From NCBI RefSeq assembly GCF_009914755.1, contig NC_060936.1: a stretch of 64,000 nucleotides of DNA. One strand, written 5' to 3'. The position numbers and the translations under genes are program-made. The first letter of the stretch is position 1. Each line of letters opens with the position of its first letter. This stretch comes from the human T2T-CHM13v2.0 reference genome, Homo sapiens. Of the stretch, positions 1-40,850 are shown in pieces. A model generated the notes under the pieces. It saw nothing but the letters and a program-made list of their open reading frames with translations, did no database searches and was not told the origin of the DNA.

Positions 1-835
1 AATTTTTAAACATCTACACTTCATTTTCAAGTTAACCATTTTTGTGCTGAAGAAATATTTTCATGTGTAAGAAAGTAGACCTTATTGTACATATAGAAAG
101 TTGGAATTATGCTAAGAATGAAAAAGACTTCTCTGTAAAGATACGGACTACAGTTAAATGCTAGAGAAGCTCTTTAAAAATGTGAATGTCAAATAGAGAA
201 AGAACCCCTGCATAGAAAGTGCTGTTTTAACTATCTGATTTTTAAAAAATCTGTGCATACATTTAAATTCTAAACAATAGCTTATCAGAGTCAGCTCAAA
301 ATATATGAGAAACAGTATTCTCTCATGGTTTTAGCTTTTGACTTTGCTGTGTAAATAGACATAAGGTGCTTTGATATAAAATATAAAATGTAACTGGAAA
401 ATAGCTCGAGGTCCTTCTGTCCCAAGCTGAGCAGAGCCCCATCTTTCTGGGTCTATATTAGTCCCACCTACTGACACAAACAAAAGCTTGCTGGAAGATC
501 GAGTTTTAGACGCATTTTTAAAAATCTTAAAGACTAAAACACTTCCATTTTAACTTGTAAAGTAATTTAATTTTTTAAAGATTATACTATATGCCTCTGT
601 GTCTTCTCTAAAAGAATAGATCAACTTCAGTCCATAAAAGATATTTTTAATATTAAAGAAAAAATATGTTTCCTTGGTTTCTTTTTATTTTACAGGAGTA
701 AAATAAGGAAGGAACGTTCATCACTTTAAACTGAACCTGGCAAGTTAATTTCCTCGGGAATGGGGATGTATTTTTTTAAGCATTGCAGATATCAAAGTTC
801 TATTGTGCTGAATAAATGCCCCTTTGTTAACAGGT
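1..835 (+). other. CCDC62: Probable distal 3'UTR of upstream gene (likely CCDC62)
   Basis: AT-rich unique sequence with no ORF, ending in AATAAA 811-816 followed by T/GT-rich sequence. Identity is inferred only from remembered gene order upstream of HIP1R. Confidence 0.5.
811..816 (+). terminator. Polyadenylation signal AATAAA (upstream gene)
   Basis: AATAAA followed by cctttgtt downstream U/GU-rich sequence. Confidence 0.55.
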
Positions 836-1327
836 CTCAGTGTTACTTCAGAGATGATTTTCATGAGCGGGGAAGAGCCACCTCATTTAGCCTTTTTAAT
901 TAGGGTGCTGAAAAGAGAAGTTGGGTGAGGTTTGGTTATGTTCTTTATCAATGTGTGCTTTCTCCCTCAGGCTGGGCTGTCTAGAGCAAAACGGAGAAAG
1001 GTATAGTTGCTTCTGAGCTGCTGCCTGCCAAGTAGAAACCTAAAATGACCCTTGGGGAGCGTGACTTCCTATCTAAGAATCAAAATATTAAATTTTCTCC
1101 TCCTTTTCATGTTCATGACTGCACATCAACTTGCCTAGTGAAAAGGCAACACTGAATAGATGCTAAATAGGAACATGTCAGGGAACTAAAGGATTTGATA
1201 ACAATTAAACATTATTTTATGGCTAAATGTATTTTAGCTCATAGGATTATAGTACCTACGACACCTGACACCTATTGTATCCCACCAGCTTATCGTTCCA
1301 TATGCAATCCAACAATGAGAAATTTCA

Positions 1328-1989
<662 letters not shown>

Positions 1990-2009
1990 CAAACTGAGTC
2001 ATTTAAATG

Positions 2010-2450
<441 letters not shown>

Positions 2451-2719
2451 CCTGACCTAAGCTTTGAGCAATTTCTGTTAGAGAGGCAGTCTCCTTTTTT
2501 TTTCTATACTTTAATGGATGCACAGAGGCAGTCTCATAGAGTATTTGAAATAGTTACAAGATAAAACTAGATTTTAGCATTTATGTCTTATCACCAACAT
2601 TCTTAAGATCAACACATCTGAAGAGGAGGCAAATGAATTATACTACAATCTGCCTGCCAGAAGTAATCTCAGCATTGGAAAAGACTGATATAAGGGTATT
2701 TTTAGAATCTGTGAATGGA

Positions 2720-3175
<456 letters not shown>

Positions 3176-3647
3176 AACAGATATTTAAAAACAGAAATAG
3201 AAATACCCCCAAAGAAAAAAAGTTCTGAATTAAGATAAAACATAAACACTAAAAGCAGCTTTACCCCAAAAGTGCCAAGAGAATGCGTCTAGAACTTCTT
3301 GGCTGTGTGGGATAAGGTTGGCTCCATACCTTCCAGGAAGGAGACTGAAGACTGAATCCTTGTTATGTTCTGGCAAACTGATCCTGGAGTTTTCTCCTGT
3401 GGCTTTGTGTGGTTTGACACCTGTAGCTGGGGTGGTGGGTTTGCAGTGTTGTACTTTTGTTTCTCTTGAGCCATTTGATGATGATTTTGTTAGGACACAT
3501 TGCAGGAAAGTTCATTATTCTAGGCCTTCAACAGAATAATCTTAGCAACCTCCAGTGTGATAGAGAACAGAGTGAACAGGATCAAAATAAGAAACCAGAC
3601 ACATTCATCAAGACTGCAGCTGACAAGGAGGTTTAAAAACCAGAATG

Positions 3648-3953
3648 GGGCCAGGTGCAGTGGCCCACGCGTGTAATCCCAGCACTTAGAGAGGCCAAAG
3701 CTCGCACATCATTTGAGATCAGGAGTTCGAGACCAGCCTGGCCAACATGGCGAAACACCTCTCTACTAAAAATACAAAAATTAGCTGGGCGTGGTCGTGG
3801 GTGCCTGTAATTCCAGCTACTCAGGAGGCTGAGGCACAAGAATCACTTCAACCTGGGAGGCAGAGGTTGCAGTGTGCTGAGATTGAGCCATGCCTCCAGC
3901 CTGGGCAACAGAGCCAGACTCTGTCTCAAACAAACAAACAAACAAACAAAAAA
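3648..3953 (+). mobile_element. Alu with (CAAA)n tail
   Basis: Alu consensus. Confidence 0.95.
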
Positions 3954-4109
3954 CACCCAGAATGGTCTTTGAGAGAAGTTGATTGAATGAAAAGTGTACA
4001 TGAATCAGTTCTTTAAAGGATGATGTCTGGGTTCTCAGCCAGATGCATGCTTAAGAAACCCAACCACAACAACAACAAAAAGAAACCCAACAAAAAATCA
4101 AAGAATTTT

Positions 4110-4510
4110 GAGCACACAGTAGGTGCTTTGCTGGCCACTGGAGACACAACAATGAGCAAAGCAGACAATCTAGTCGTAGAAACACACTAATCTAAGAATC
4201 CCATACATAGTTCACAAGAGACTGGTTAGTGCTACAAAAGAAAGCTTTGAGATATGATGACAGCTTATAATAGGGACTCAGGTGAAGGGTGGAGTGTTAA
4301 GAGAATGCTTCCTTAAAGAAGTGACATCTGAGCCAAGAGTTAAAGACAAGTGGATGCTAAGTAGGGCGAACGGGAAGCAGAAGAGAATTCCAGGCAGTAG
4401 GAACAGCATGTGCAAAGGCTCTGAGGTGGGAGGGAACATGACGCATCTGGGACCTGATGGGCCAGGATGGTGCAAGATGAAGCCAGGGACAGAGGCTGGG
4501 GCCAGATCAT
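4110..4510. mobile_element. L2 fragment
   Basis: gaacagcatgtgcaaaggctctgaggtggga and gtgacatctgagc are characteristic of L2 remnants. Confidence 0.6.
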
Positions 4511-4619
4511 GCATACGAGTCGATGAGTCAGTGTGGGTGTGGTAGCATACCATGTTTTAGTGGGCCAGATGATGTAAACTCTCCTGTGCATCTTGGATTT
4601 TCCTTAAAACGAGGTCTTA

Positions 4620-5429
<810 letters not shown>

Positions 5430-5907
5430 ATTGGGGAAGTTTGTATCCTTATGTCCTCAGTGGTACTCTTTCGTGAGATCAGCTGTATGTTGAAGTATAC
5501 CAAATGAGGTATTTGTTTACTCACTCTTTCAGCCCTTCATTTGACATACATATTGAACATTGCTATGTGCCAGGTGCCCTGCTAGGCACTGAGTACATAA
5601 AACTGAGTAATACAGGGTGGCCCTCTAATAGCTCAAAATCTTACCTACAAGCACATAAAGTACAATCCCTTAGAGATGTGTTAGGAGAGTGCTCTCGGGT
5701 CCTAAACAGCAAGCCTGAGGTAGTATAGTACTGAAAGTCATAGACCACAAAATGTAGTCCAAATGGCATGGGTGTTGAGGGCACTGGCCTTGAAATCAGG
5801 CACATCTGGGTCTGGATCCCGAATGCAGCGTTTACCAGTTGTGTGAACCTGGGCTAAACTCTCTGAACCTGAGCTTGTTTGTTGGTCTGTAAAAAATACC
5901 ATCAAGA

Positions 5908-6517
<610 letters not shown>

Positions 6518-6525
6518 GTTGTTGA

Positions 6526-6834
<309 letters not shown>

Positions 6835-7363
6835 TCATCAACAACTTTAAAGAAGAATAAGTGAGATACTGTTTAACAGATGCTGAGCCTGGTGCCCGGC
6901 ACAGTAATAGGCTCTGTGATTATTTAAAAAGCCAGTTGCTAATGGGAAGTCTCTGTGGCAGATGTGCTAGACCTACAGGGGCTGTTGCCTGGTTGAAAAG
7001 GGATGCTGTATATGCGTGAAGGGTCACAGGAGAACCACTTTTGTTCCGTGTGGAAAAAGGAGTGTGAGAAACAGCTGGAGTACCGCAAAAAGCCCCTTTA
7101 CTGTGGTCTTTATTAGAGCACAGCTATCAACTAAGTTGACTAAGTTACATATGAAGGGTTTAGCCCAGTGCCTGCCAAATAATAAGCATTCAGTACATAT
7201 CAGCTATTGTGATTCTACCGTTATTCTGATAAAGAAGCTTTTTAGTGATTGGAATTAGAGAAAACAGGATTAATTTCTCCTTTTGGTGGAGTGACAGGAG
7301 AGTCTTGGCAAATGTTATCTTTTGGGGTCAGCTCTAGCTCTTGGGCTGGAGGGTGAGGAATCA

Positions 7364-7833
<470 letters not shown>

Positions 7834-8388
7834 TCACTAGGGAGACAAGGGTCAGGATTACGTGGGCGTCATTTTCCTCCTTACAGGCAGGCGGTGCCTC
7901 TCCCTTCAAAAGCAAGGGACCTTTATGCATGATTCCACATCTGCATTCCGATAGGAAAGGGAAACAGCAGAAACACAATACCCATCTGAGAGCTACGCTT
8001 AGAGAGGACTCTGGGCTTTTATTTATTTTTTTACTTCAGTCTTGTGACCAGTAATTTTAAGGGAAAGCCAATAATAATGTTTTTAAAAAGCCTCACGCCA
8101 CCCCTGGCGGCATCTCCTCGGTGTACTTTGCTGTTCAGATCCGCCTGCCTTCTGTGCCAGCCTAACAGCGCCCGGCCTCAGCCCCCATTGTCCCTGGAGC
8201 TGGCGAGGTGTCCGGTTGCGGAGCCGGCGGCGTCTCTGGAAATGCATCCTGCATCCCCGCATGGATAACAGCTGCAGCTATGTCAGAATTGCACAAAGAG
8301 GGGAGAGTGTCATTGTGTGCCTTTTGACACATACATTAAGACCAAAAAGGAAAAAAAGCGTCTATCTGTGCTGCCACCGACCAGACTC

Positions 8389-8445
8389 ATGGAGGCCAGA
8401 TTTTCTCCAATTAACCAGATCTTGCCCTGGTGCAGACAAGACTTA
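8389..8445 (+). CDS. HIP1R: Candidate HIP1R alternative first coding exon (MEARFSPINQILPWCRQDL)
   Basis: ATG 8389 (G at +4), 19 codons, then a GTGAGT donor at 8446; phase 0, so in frame with exon 2. Confidence 0.5.
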
Positions 8446-8989
8446 GTGAGTTCGGAGGAGGGGTGGGGAGAGGGAATTGGCTGGGGTCCCTACCCTGGGT
8501 GGAAGGAGGAGGGAGGGGTTCCCCCTCCCCCTTCCCCTACCCTCCCCTCCGGGTTTAGGGAGGGGATTAGAGGTGGGGAGGAGCTGGGGGGGCGTTTGGC
8601 CTGTGCCCCAACCTTGTGAGTGAGGTGGGGGTTGGAGGTGTGCGGGGGGCGGGGCGTGTGCCGGGGTCGCCGCGGGATGGGGGGTTGGGGATGTGCGGGG
8701 AGAGGCGCGTGTCCCGAGATCGCGGGGGGTGGGGTTGGAGGTGTGCGGGTGGAGGGGCGCGCCCTGGAGTTGGGGGCGGGCGAGGCGTTTGCGGGCGCGG
8801 GGGGCGGGTTTGGAGGTGTGCGGGGGAGGGGCGTGCCCTGGAGTTGGGGGCGGGGCGAGGCGGGCTCCTCCCCGGCGGGCGGGCCCGGGCGCGGCGCGGT
8901 GGCCTCGCGGTGCCTAGGCTGGGGCTGCCGGACCGTGAGGCTGTGAGTCGCGCGGACGGAGCCGGACAAAAGCGGGCGGCGGCGGCAGG

Positions 8990-35008
<26,019 letters not shown>

Positions 35009-35269
35009 GCCCCCCAGGGGTCCAGCAGGGTGGCTGGTGACAGGCCTGGGCCTCTGCAACTGCCCTGACAGGACCGAGAGGCCTTGCCCCTCCACCTGGT
35101 GCCCAAGCCTCCCGCCCCACCGTCTGGATCAATGTCCTCAAGGCCCCTGGCCCTTACTGAGCCTGCAGGGTCCTGGGCCATGTGGGTGGTGCTTCTGGAT
35201 GTGAGTCTCTTATTTATCTGCAGAAGGAACTTTGGGGTGCAGCCAGGACCCGGTAGGCCTGAGCCTCAA

Positions 35270-35327
35270 CTCTTCAGAAAATAGTGTTTTTAATATTCCT
35301 CTTCAGAAAATAGTGTTTTTAATATTC
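35270..35327 (+). repeat. Perfect 29-bp tandem duplication in HIP1R 3'UTR
   Basis: CTCTTCAGAAAATAGTGTTTTTAATATTC x2. Confidence 0.95.
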
Positions 35328-36182
35328 CGAGCTAGAGCTCTTCTTCCTACGTTTGTAGTCAGCACACTGGGAAACCGGGCCAGCGTGGGGCTCCCTGCCT
35401 TCTGGACTCCTGAAGGTCGTGGATGGATGGAAGGCACACAGCCCGTGCCGGCTGATGGGACGAGGGTCAGGCATCCTGTCTGTGGCCTTCTGGGGCACCG
35501 ATTCTACCAGGCCCTCCAGCTGCGTGGTCTCCGCAGACCAGGCTCTGTGTGGGCTAGAGGAATGTCGCCCATTACTCCTCAGGCCTGGCCCTCGGGCCTC
35601 CGTGATGGGAGCCCCCCAGGAGGGGTCAGATGCTGGAAGGGGCCGCTTTCTGGGGAGTGAGGTGAGACATAGCGGCCCAGGCGCTGCCTTCACTCCTGGA
35701 GTTTCCATTTCCAGCTGGAATCTGCAGCCACCCCCATTTCCTGTTTTCCATTCCCCCGTTCTGGCCGCGCCCCACTGCCCACCTGAAGGGGTGGTTTCCA
35801 GCCCTCCGGAGAGTGGGCTTGGCCCTAGGCCCTCCAGCTCAGCCAGAAAAAGCCCAGAAACCCAGGTGCTGGACCAGGGCCCTCAGGGAGGGGACCCTGC
35901 GGCTAGAGTGGGCTAGGCCCTGGCTTTGCCCGTCAGATTTGAACGAATGTGTGTCCCTTGAGCCCAAGGAGAGCGGCAGGAGGGGTGGGACCAGGCTGGG
36001 AGGACAGAGCCAGCAGCTGCCATGCCCTCCTGCTCCCCCCACCCCAGCCCTAGCCCTTTAGCCTTTCACCCTGTGCTCTGGAAAGGCTACCAAATACTGG
36101 CCAAGGTCAGGAGGAGCAAAAATGAGCCAGCACCAGCGCCTTGGCTTTGTGTTAGCATTTCCTCCTGAAGTGTTCTGTTGGC

Positions 36183-36188
36183 AATAAA
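36183..36188 (+). terminator. HIP1R: HIP1R polyadenylation signal
   Basis: First AATAAA I found after the stop, followed by GU-rich tgtttgttgt. Confidence 0.9.
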
Positions 36189-37133
36189 ATGCACTTTGAC
36201 TGTTTGTTGTCACTGATGCCCCAGAGGGAGGGGCTGTGCCTGGCTCTTCATTCCTCCAGGGACACGTGTTCCCTTGTCGGCCCTGGCCAGGTGCTGGGGC
36301 GGGGACCTATTCGTGTCTGCATTTAATGCTAGAGTACTTGGGACTGCAGAAAAGCTCAGCAGGGCTGTCACTGGCTGTGTGTGTGTCCGCCTTCCATCTC
36401 TCTCTGGGGGGATTTATGGGCCTCAGGGCCCTCCTTTTACACAGGAGGCCAAGAGCCAGCTGCCTCCACAGAGGCCACTTGCACTCCCAGCCTCAATGCC
36501 CACAGCTTCCCTGGGGCTCCTAGCAGTTGCTGACCCCCTCAGTGTGTCTGAGACCATGCCTGACTGACAGTTGCTAAGCTAAGGTGGGGACCCTGACTCC
36601 CGGCTGGCTTGGACTTGAGCCATGGCCACACACAGCCTTTGCACTTACCGGAAACCTGGAAAGGTGTTCAGTCCCTGGGTGTGTGGCAGCCTCACAAGCA
36701 CCCACTTTACCCAGGAGCACCATGCCAGAGGGAAGGCTGAGGTGGGGGAGCTCACCCTGTCCTACCCCCTGCCAAGATCACTGGCATTTATAGAGAAACA
36801 GGACAGGGTGGGTCAGGGGAGAGAAAAGGCCCCTTGGCTGGCTCCTGTATGGCCTCAGACAAGCCTTCCACCTGTGCTCACGTCTCCTGGAGGATGAAGT
36901 GGGGCCTCAGCTAAGGCTGCGTAGCCGGGGTGCTTGTGCCGGGTGGTTAGGGTGAAAGGGCCTTGCAAACTGACCACAAGGGCTAAGACAGACCCTGTGC
37001 CTGGCTCTTGTTTGTTTACAAGGCAAGATGGCTTCAGAAACACTAACGGAACTGATTCTCCACCAGATACAAATGAAAATCCACAGGCATTGACAACGCT
37101 TAACTGATCATTCTTGAGTCCTCAATGACCAAA

Positions 37134-37425
37134 CTTTTTTTTGAGATGGAGTCTTGCTGTCACCTAGGTGGCAATACAGTGGCATGCCTTGGCTCACTAC
37201 AACCTCCTCCCGGGTTCAAGAAATTCTGCCTCAGCCTCCCGAGCAGCTGGGATTACAGGCATGCACCACCATGCCTGGCTAATTTTTGTATTTTTAGTAG
37301 AGATGGGGGCTTTGCCATGTTGGCCAGGCTGGTCTCGAACTCCTGATCTCAAGTGATCCGCCCCCCCCCCCCCCCCCCACCTCAGCCTCCCAAAGTGCTG
37401 GGATTCCAGGCCACTGTGCCTGGCC
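37134..37425 (-). mobile_element. Alu with an internal C18 tract
   Basis: Reverse-complement Alu; 37361-37378 is poly-C. Confidence 0.92.
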
Positions 37426-37914
37426 GAAACCTTTAATTGAACAGGCTGCCTCAAGTGTGGGGCTAGAAAGCAGGAGCTTGGGGTCTGGTCCTGCTCCCCC
37501 ACCCTCTTGGACCTGTCACTGCCTCTCCCTGGTCCTCCTTGTGAATGGGACACACAGCAGGAGGAGAGGCTCCCACAAGGCAAGGTTCATGAGCCACAAG
37601 ACTCTGTGAAGTCCAGCATCCTCAATGGAGTGGACAACAGATTTGGCTATAAGCTTCCTGGCAGCCACTGGGAAGAAAGAAACTATCACACACTTTTTCT
37701 TTAAGGCTAACTGGCTTCTCAGGAAATCCTTCCCTCTTCCTCACAGAAAAACCACAGAAATTTCTCCTGCACATTCTCATAGAACAATGATGTGCCAGGA
37801 ATGGCAGCTATTACAGGAGACAGCAACAGGTGAGCTTGCTCTCATCTCAGTTCCTCAAGTCCCTTGCAGGGGCATTGTGACCCAGATACACAGCTTAGCT
37901 GGGGTGGTGAGGAC

Positions 37915-38029
37915 GCAGGCACACGGCTCAGCCGGGGCGACGGGCATACCTAGCTGCAGGCGCACGGCTCAGCTGGGGCGGCGGACATACATAGCTGCAG
38001 GCGCACGGCTCAGCCGGGGCGGCGGGCAC
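37915..38029 (+). repeat. Minisatellite, ~2.8 x 41 bp
   Basis: GCAGGCRCACGGCTCAGCYGGGGCGRCGGRCATACMTAGCT units starting at 37915, 37956 and 37997. Confidence 0.9.
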
Positions 38030-38574
38030 AGGGCAGTTCTGTAGCTCTGCAAGGAGGCAGGGTTTGCAGGGTCCCCTCCTCTCGGCCTAGAGAAGGAAAC
38101 AGCACCCACCGGGCTTTGAAATGGGCAGAGGCAACTGCCTTCTTGAAACACCTGCTGGCAAGTCCCCAAAGCAAAACATCAGAGCCACTGGTTTTCCCAC
38201 TAAAAACCAACACAGAAAATCCTAACAAGTACCACCATTCACACAGCACACGGCGGCAACCTCACGGACAGAGAGCAGGCACAGTCTGAGCCCTGAGGTC
38301 ACCCTCAGTCCCCTACTTGGACACAGTGGCTGTGATCCTGAAGACACCCTCTTAAGACACAGAACATGCCCTGTACGTGACTGCTGTTTATGAGACTGGT
38401 GACCAAGAGGGTAAGAGGCCCCACCTGTGCCAGGGGCCCTGGACAGGCAGAGATTTTGTCTTCAGCTTCAAAAACAGACGTCCCAGCCAGCTTCCCTGCT
38501 GGAACTTTGATCACTGATGTTTCAGAACCAGACATCATGAACATCCACATCCCCAAGTAAATAAGTGACAGGCC

Positions 38575-40358
38575 TGTTATTAATAATTCTCTATTTATTA
38601 AAAAGGGTCCTACAGCTTTACAGCCACAGCACCGGACACGGCCCTGGACAGCGACGGCGAGCCCGGCCAGGGGCCGCTTTGCAACTTCAATGCCAAGCTC
38701 ACGTCTGGCTGCGACCGTGGCAGGCTGTGGCATCCCCGACAGCGGCCGGTGGCGGAGGTATGGGGGCGGGTGGCACCGCTCACTCGAGATTCACAGAACA
38801 TGGCAAGCCCGCCTGACTGGCATGGCAGTGAATCGTCCTGTACAGCTTCATTTCAAGAAAACAGTTACAGTAGAGTTCAAGTCCGAGAGCAGGAATGTAT
38901 GGTCACTGAGGACAAAAGGCAGTGGCCTGGCCCGTGGCCCAGACCCCGCTTCAGTTCTGCCTTCTGTCACCCTGGCGGCTAGGCACAGGTCGGGGCCCTG
39001 GATGCCCGACAAGTGACAGGGGAGGGGCGGGCCAGAAGGTCCACTGGTAAGCACCTCGGCCTTTTCCGTCAACAGGTGCCACTGCCCCCTGCTGGGCCCT
39101 GGGCCTTCAGCACACATGGCACGTGAAGATGAGGTCCCACAGGGGTGGGGGAAGAGCAGGTGCAGACGGTTGGAGTGCAGCCCCGTCCCTCAATCCCATG
39201 GGGCGGGCTTTCGCCAAACCCCTAACGTTGCCCACCCTGAGGCCCAGCCACCAGCCACCCAGGGGCAGAGGATATTGGCTAAGGGTAGCCTGGGTCAAGG
39301 CGGCCGGACGTCTTGACCACCTGTAACAGGGCAATGAACTTGGACAAGCCCTTCAGAGAAAGCAGAGCCGGGGCCTTGCCCAGCCCCTAGCAGGTGTGAG
39401 TCCCGGCACCTGGGGAAGCTAAGGCACAGCACGGACACCCGAGGGGGGGGCACCGTGCACTGCTTGCACAAAAGGAAATTGCATCCACTTCATCGGCATT
39501 TCGATCTGCTCAAGACAGTATCTGCATTTTTTATAAAATTTCCCTGAATGGTCTTGGGAGTGTCAAAAAAGTTTTTTCAATATAAAACAGGAAAATCACA
39601 CACGTAGTAAAAATATTGGGGGATTATTTCTTCATAGAAACCTTCAGGGCCGGCTCCAGGCAGGCGGGAGAGGAGGAGCTGGGGACACAATTTGCTGTGC
39701 AAAGTCCCACTCGTGCGCTCCCCTCCCACACCAGTGGCCGTTCTCCGGCCTCTGGACTCGGCAGTGGGCCCAGTGCAAACTTTGCTTGTGGCTCTGAAGC
39801 AAGAGCAGCAGCCAGGTCAGGCGGTGACTATGGTGACCTCTCCCCAACAGATTCAGTGAGCAACAACGCAGCCACAGGTGGTGGCCCAGCCACGGCGCTC
39901 TTCCAGGCCGGCCGGCGCCCACCCGCCCTCACCAGGGCTGCAGTGGCCGGTGGGTGAGACACATAGGACTGTCTTTCGAAAATAAAATAAGTATCATGAA
40001 CCATGCTCATTAAATAAAGCTGCAACAGAAGGACCACGATTCTAAATGGGACTGGGGGAGAGGCCTATTTCTTCCCAAACATGAGTTCATCAACGCTAAG
40101 ATACTTAGAAATCACACGGATAATGCAAACCGATGCAACGCACAGGTGTCAGGCTGTAACCCGGCACACACAACTGCCTTGATGCCCAAAGCCTGGGCTC
40201 CTACTACTCACCACTGACCTACAGTTCTAAAATCAGACAGACACGCTGGCCCAGGGCCCCAGAGCCCTTGGCACAGAGCGGACCTCCAGCCTCCTTCCCG
40301 TGAGCAGAGCACAACACGCCAGGTGGAAGAAGTCTCCCGGGAAGGACCGCGCCGGCGC
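38575..40358 (-). other. VPS37B: VPS37B 3'UTR (approximate end)
   Basis: Between TGA (40359-40361, - strand) and the poly(A) signal. Confidence 0.8.
38594..38599 (-). terminator. VPS37B: VPS37B polyadenylation signal (AATAAA on - strand)
   Basis: TTTATT on + strand; U-rich sequence follows on the - strand. Confidence 0.8.
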
Positions 40359-40850
40359 TCACTGGAGGATGAAACCCGGCTGGTGTGGAGGGAGCCGGGG
40401 CGGGGGTCTCTGAGGGAGAGGTGGCGGATATGGGGACACGAACTGCGAAGAGAATCCTTGCTGAGTGGGGAGGCCCACGCGGGGGGGCAGGGGCGGGCAC
40501 TGTAATCCTGGGTACGGCACGGCCTGTCCCGAACTCATGGCCGCAGTAAACGGGGTGGCTAAGCGTCCCGCAGGCACCGGGGGTGGTGGGGGGGGGATGC
40601 GCCGAGGTGCAACGGCAGGAGGCCCACTGGCCTCTGGGGCAGGGTAGGGAAGGGGGGCGGTAGGTGCCAGTTCGGGCAGCCTGGGGGGCAGCGGGGCCAG
40701 GGCCTGTGGGAGTCTCTGCCCCTTTAGGACCATCTCCTGGAGCTTCTCGATTTTCACCCGTCGCATGTGGGCCAGTTTCCGTTTGCTCTGATAGACATCA
40801 ATGAAGGAATCCAGAGGAAGTTCTCCATCCAGAAACTTCTCTGCCATGTT
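40359..40850 (-). CDS. VPS37B: VPS37B last exon coding part (492 nt incl. TGA)
   Basis: [28 protein letters not shown]...LAPTAPLPY...; acceptor tttcag. Confidence 0.96.
   Translation of the reverse strand, partial: NMAEKFLDGELPLDSFIDVYQSKRKLAHMRRVKIEKLQEMVLKGQRLPQALAPLPPRLPELAPTAPLPYPAPEASGPPAVAPRRIPPPPPPVPAGRLATPFTAAMSSGQAVPYPGLQCPPLPPRVGLPTQQGFSSQFVSPYPPPLPQRPPPRLPPHQPGFILQ

Larger units (their letters stand above)
35009..36205 (+). other. HIP1R: HIP1R 3'UTR (approximate end)
   Basis: Stop codon to about 15-20 nt past AATAAA. Confidence 0.85.

Noticed and set aside
36191-36197. GCACTTT miR-17-family seed match
   Set aside because: Sits between the poly(A) signal and the cleavage site; a single 7mer cannot be supported without conservation data.
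38626-38656. Separated REST/RE1-like half sites (CAGCACC...GGACAGCG)
   Set aside because: Spacer is far from the canonical 2 bp and the left half is imperfect.
39980-40018. Two + strand AATAAA hexamers
   Set aside because: They lie in the VPS37B 3'UTR, where they are the complement of U-rich/ARE-like sequence; HIP1R already has a good signal at 36183.
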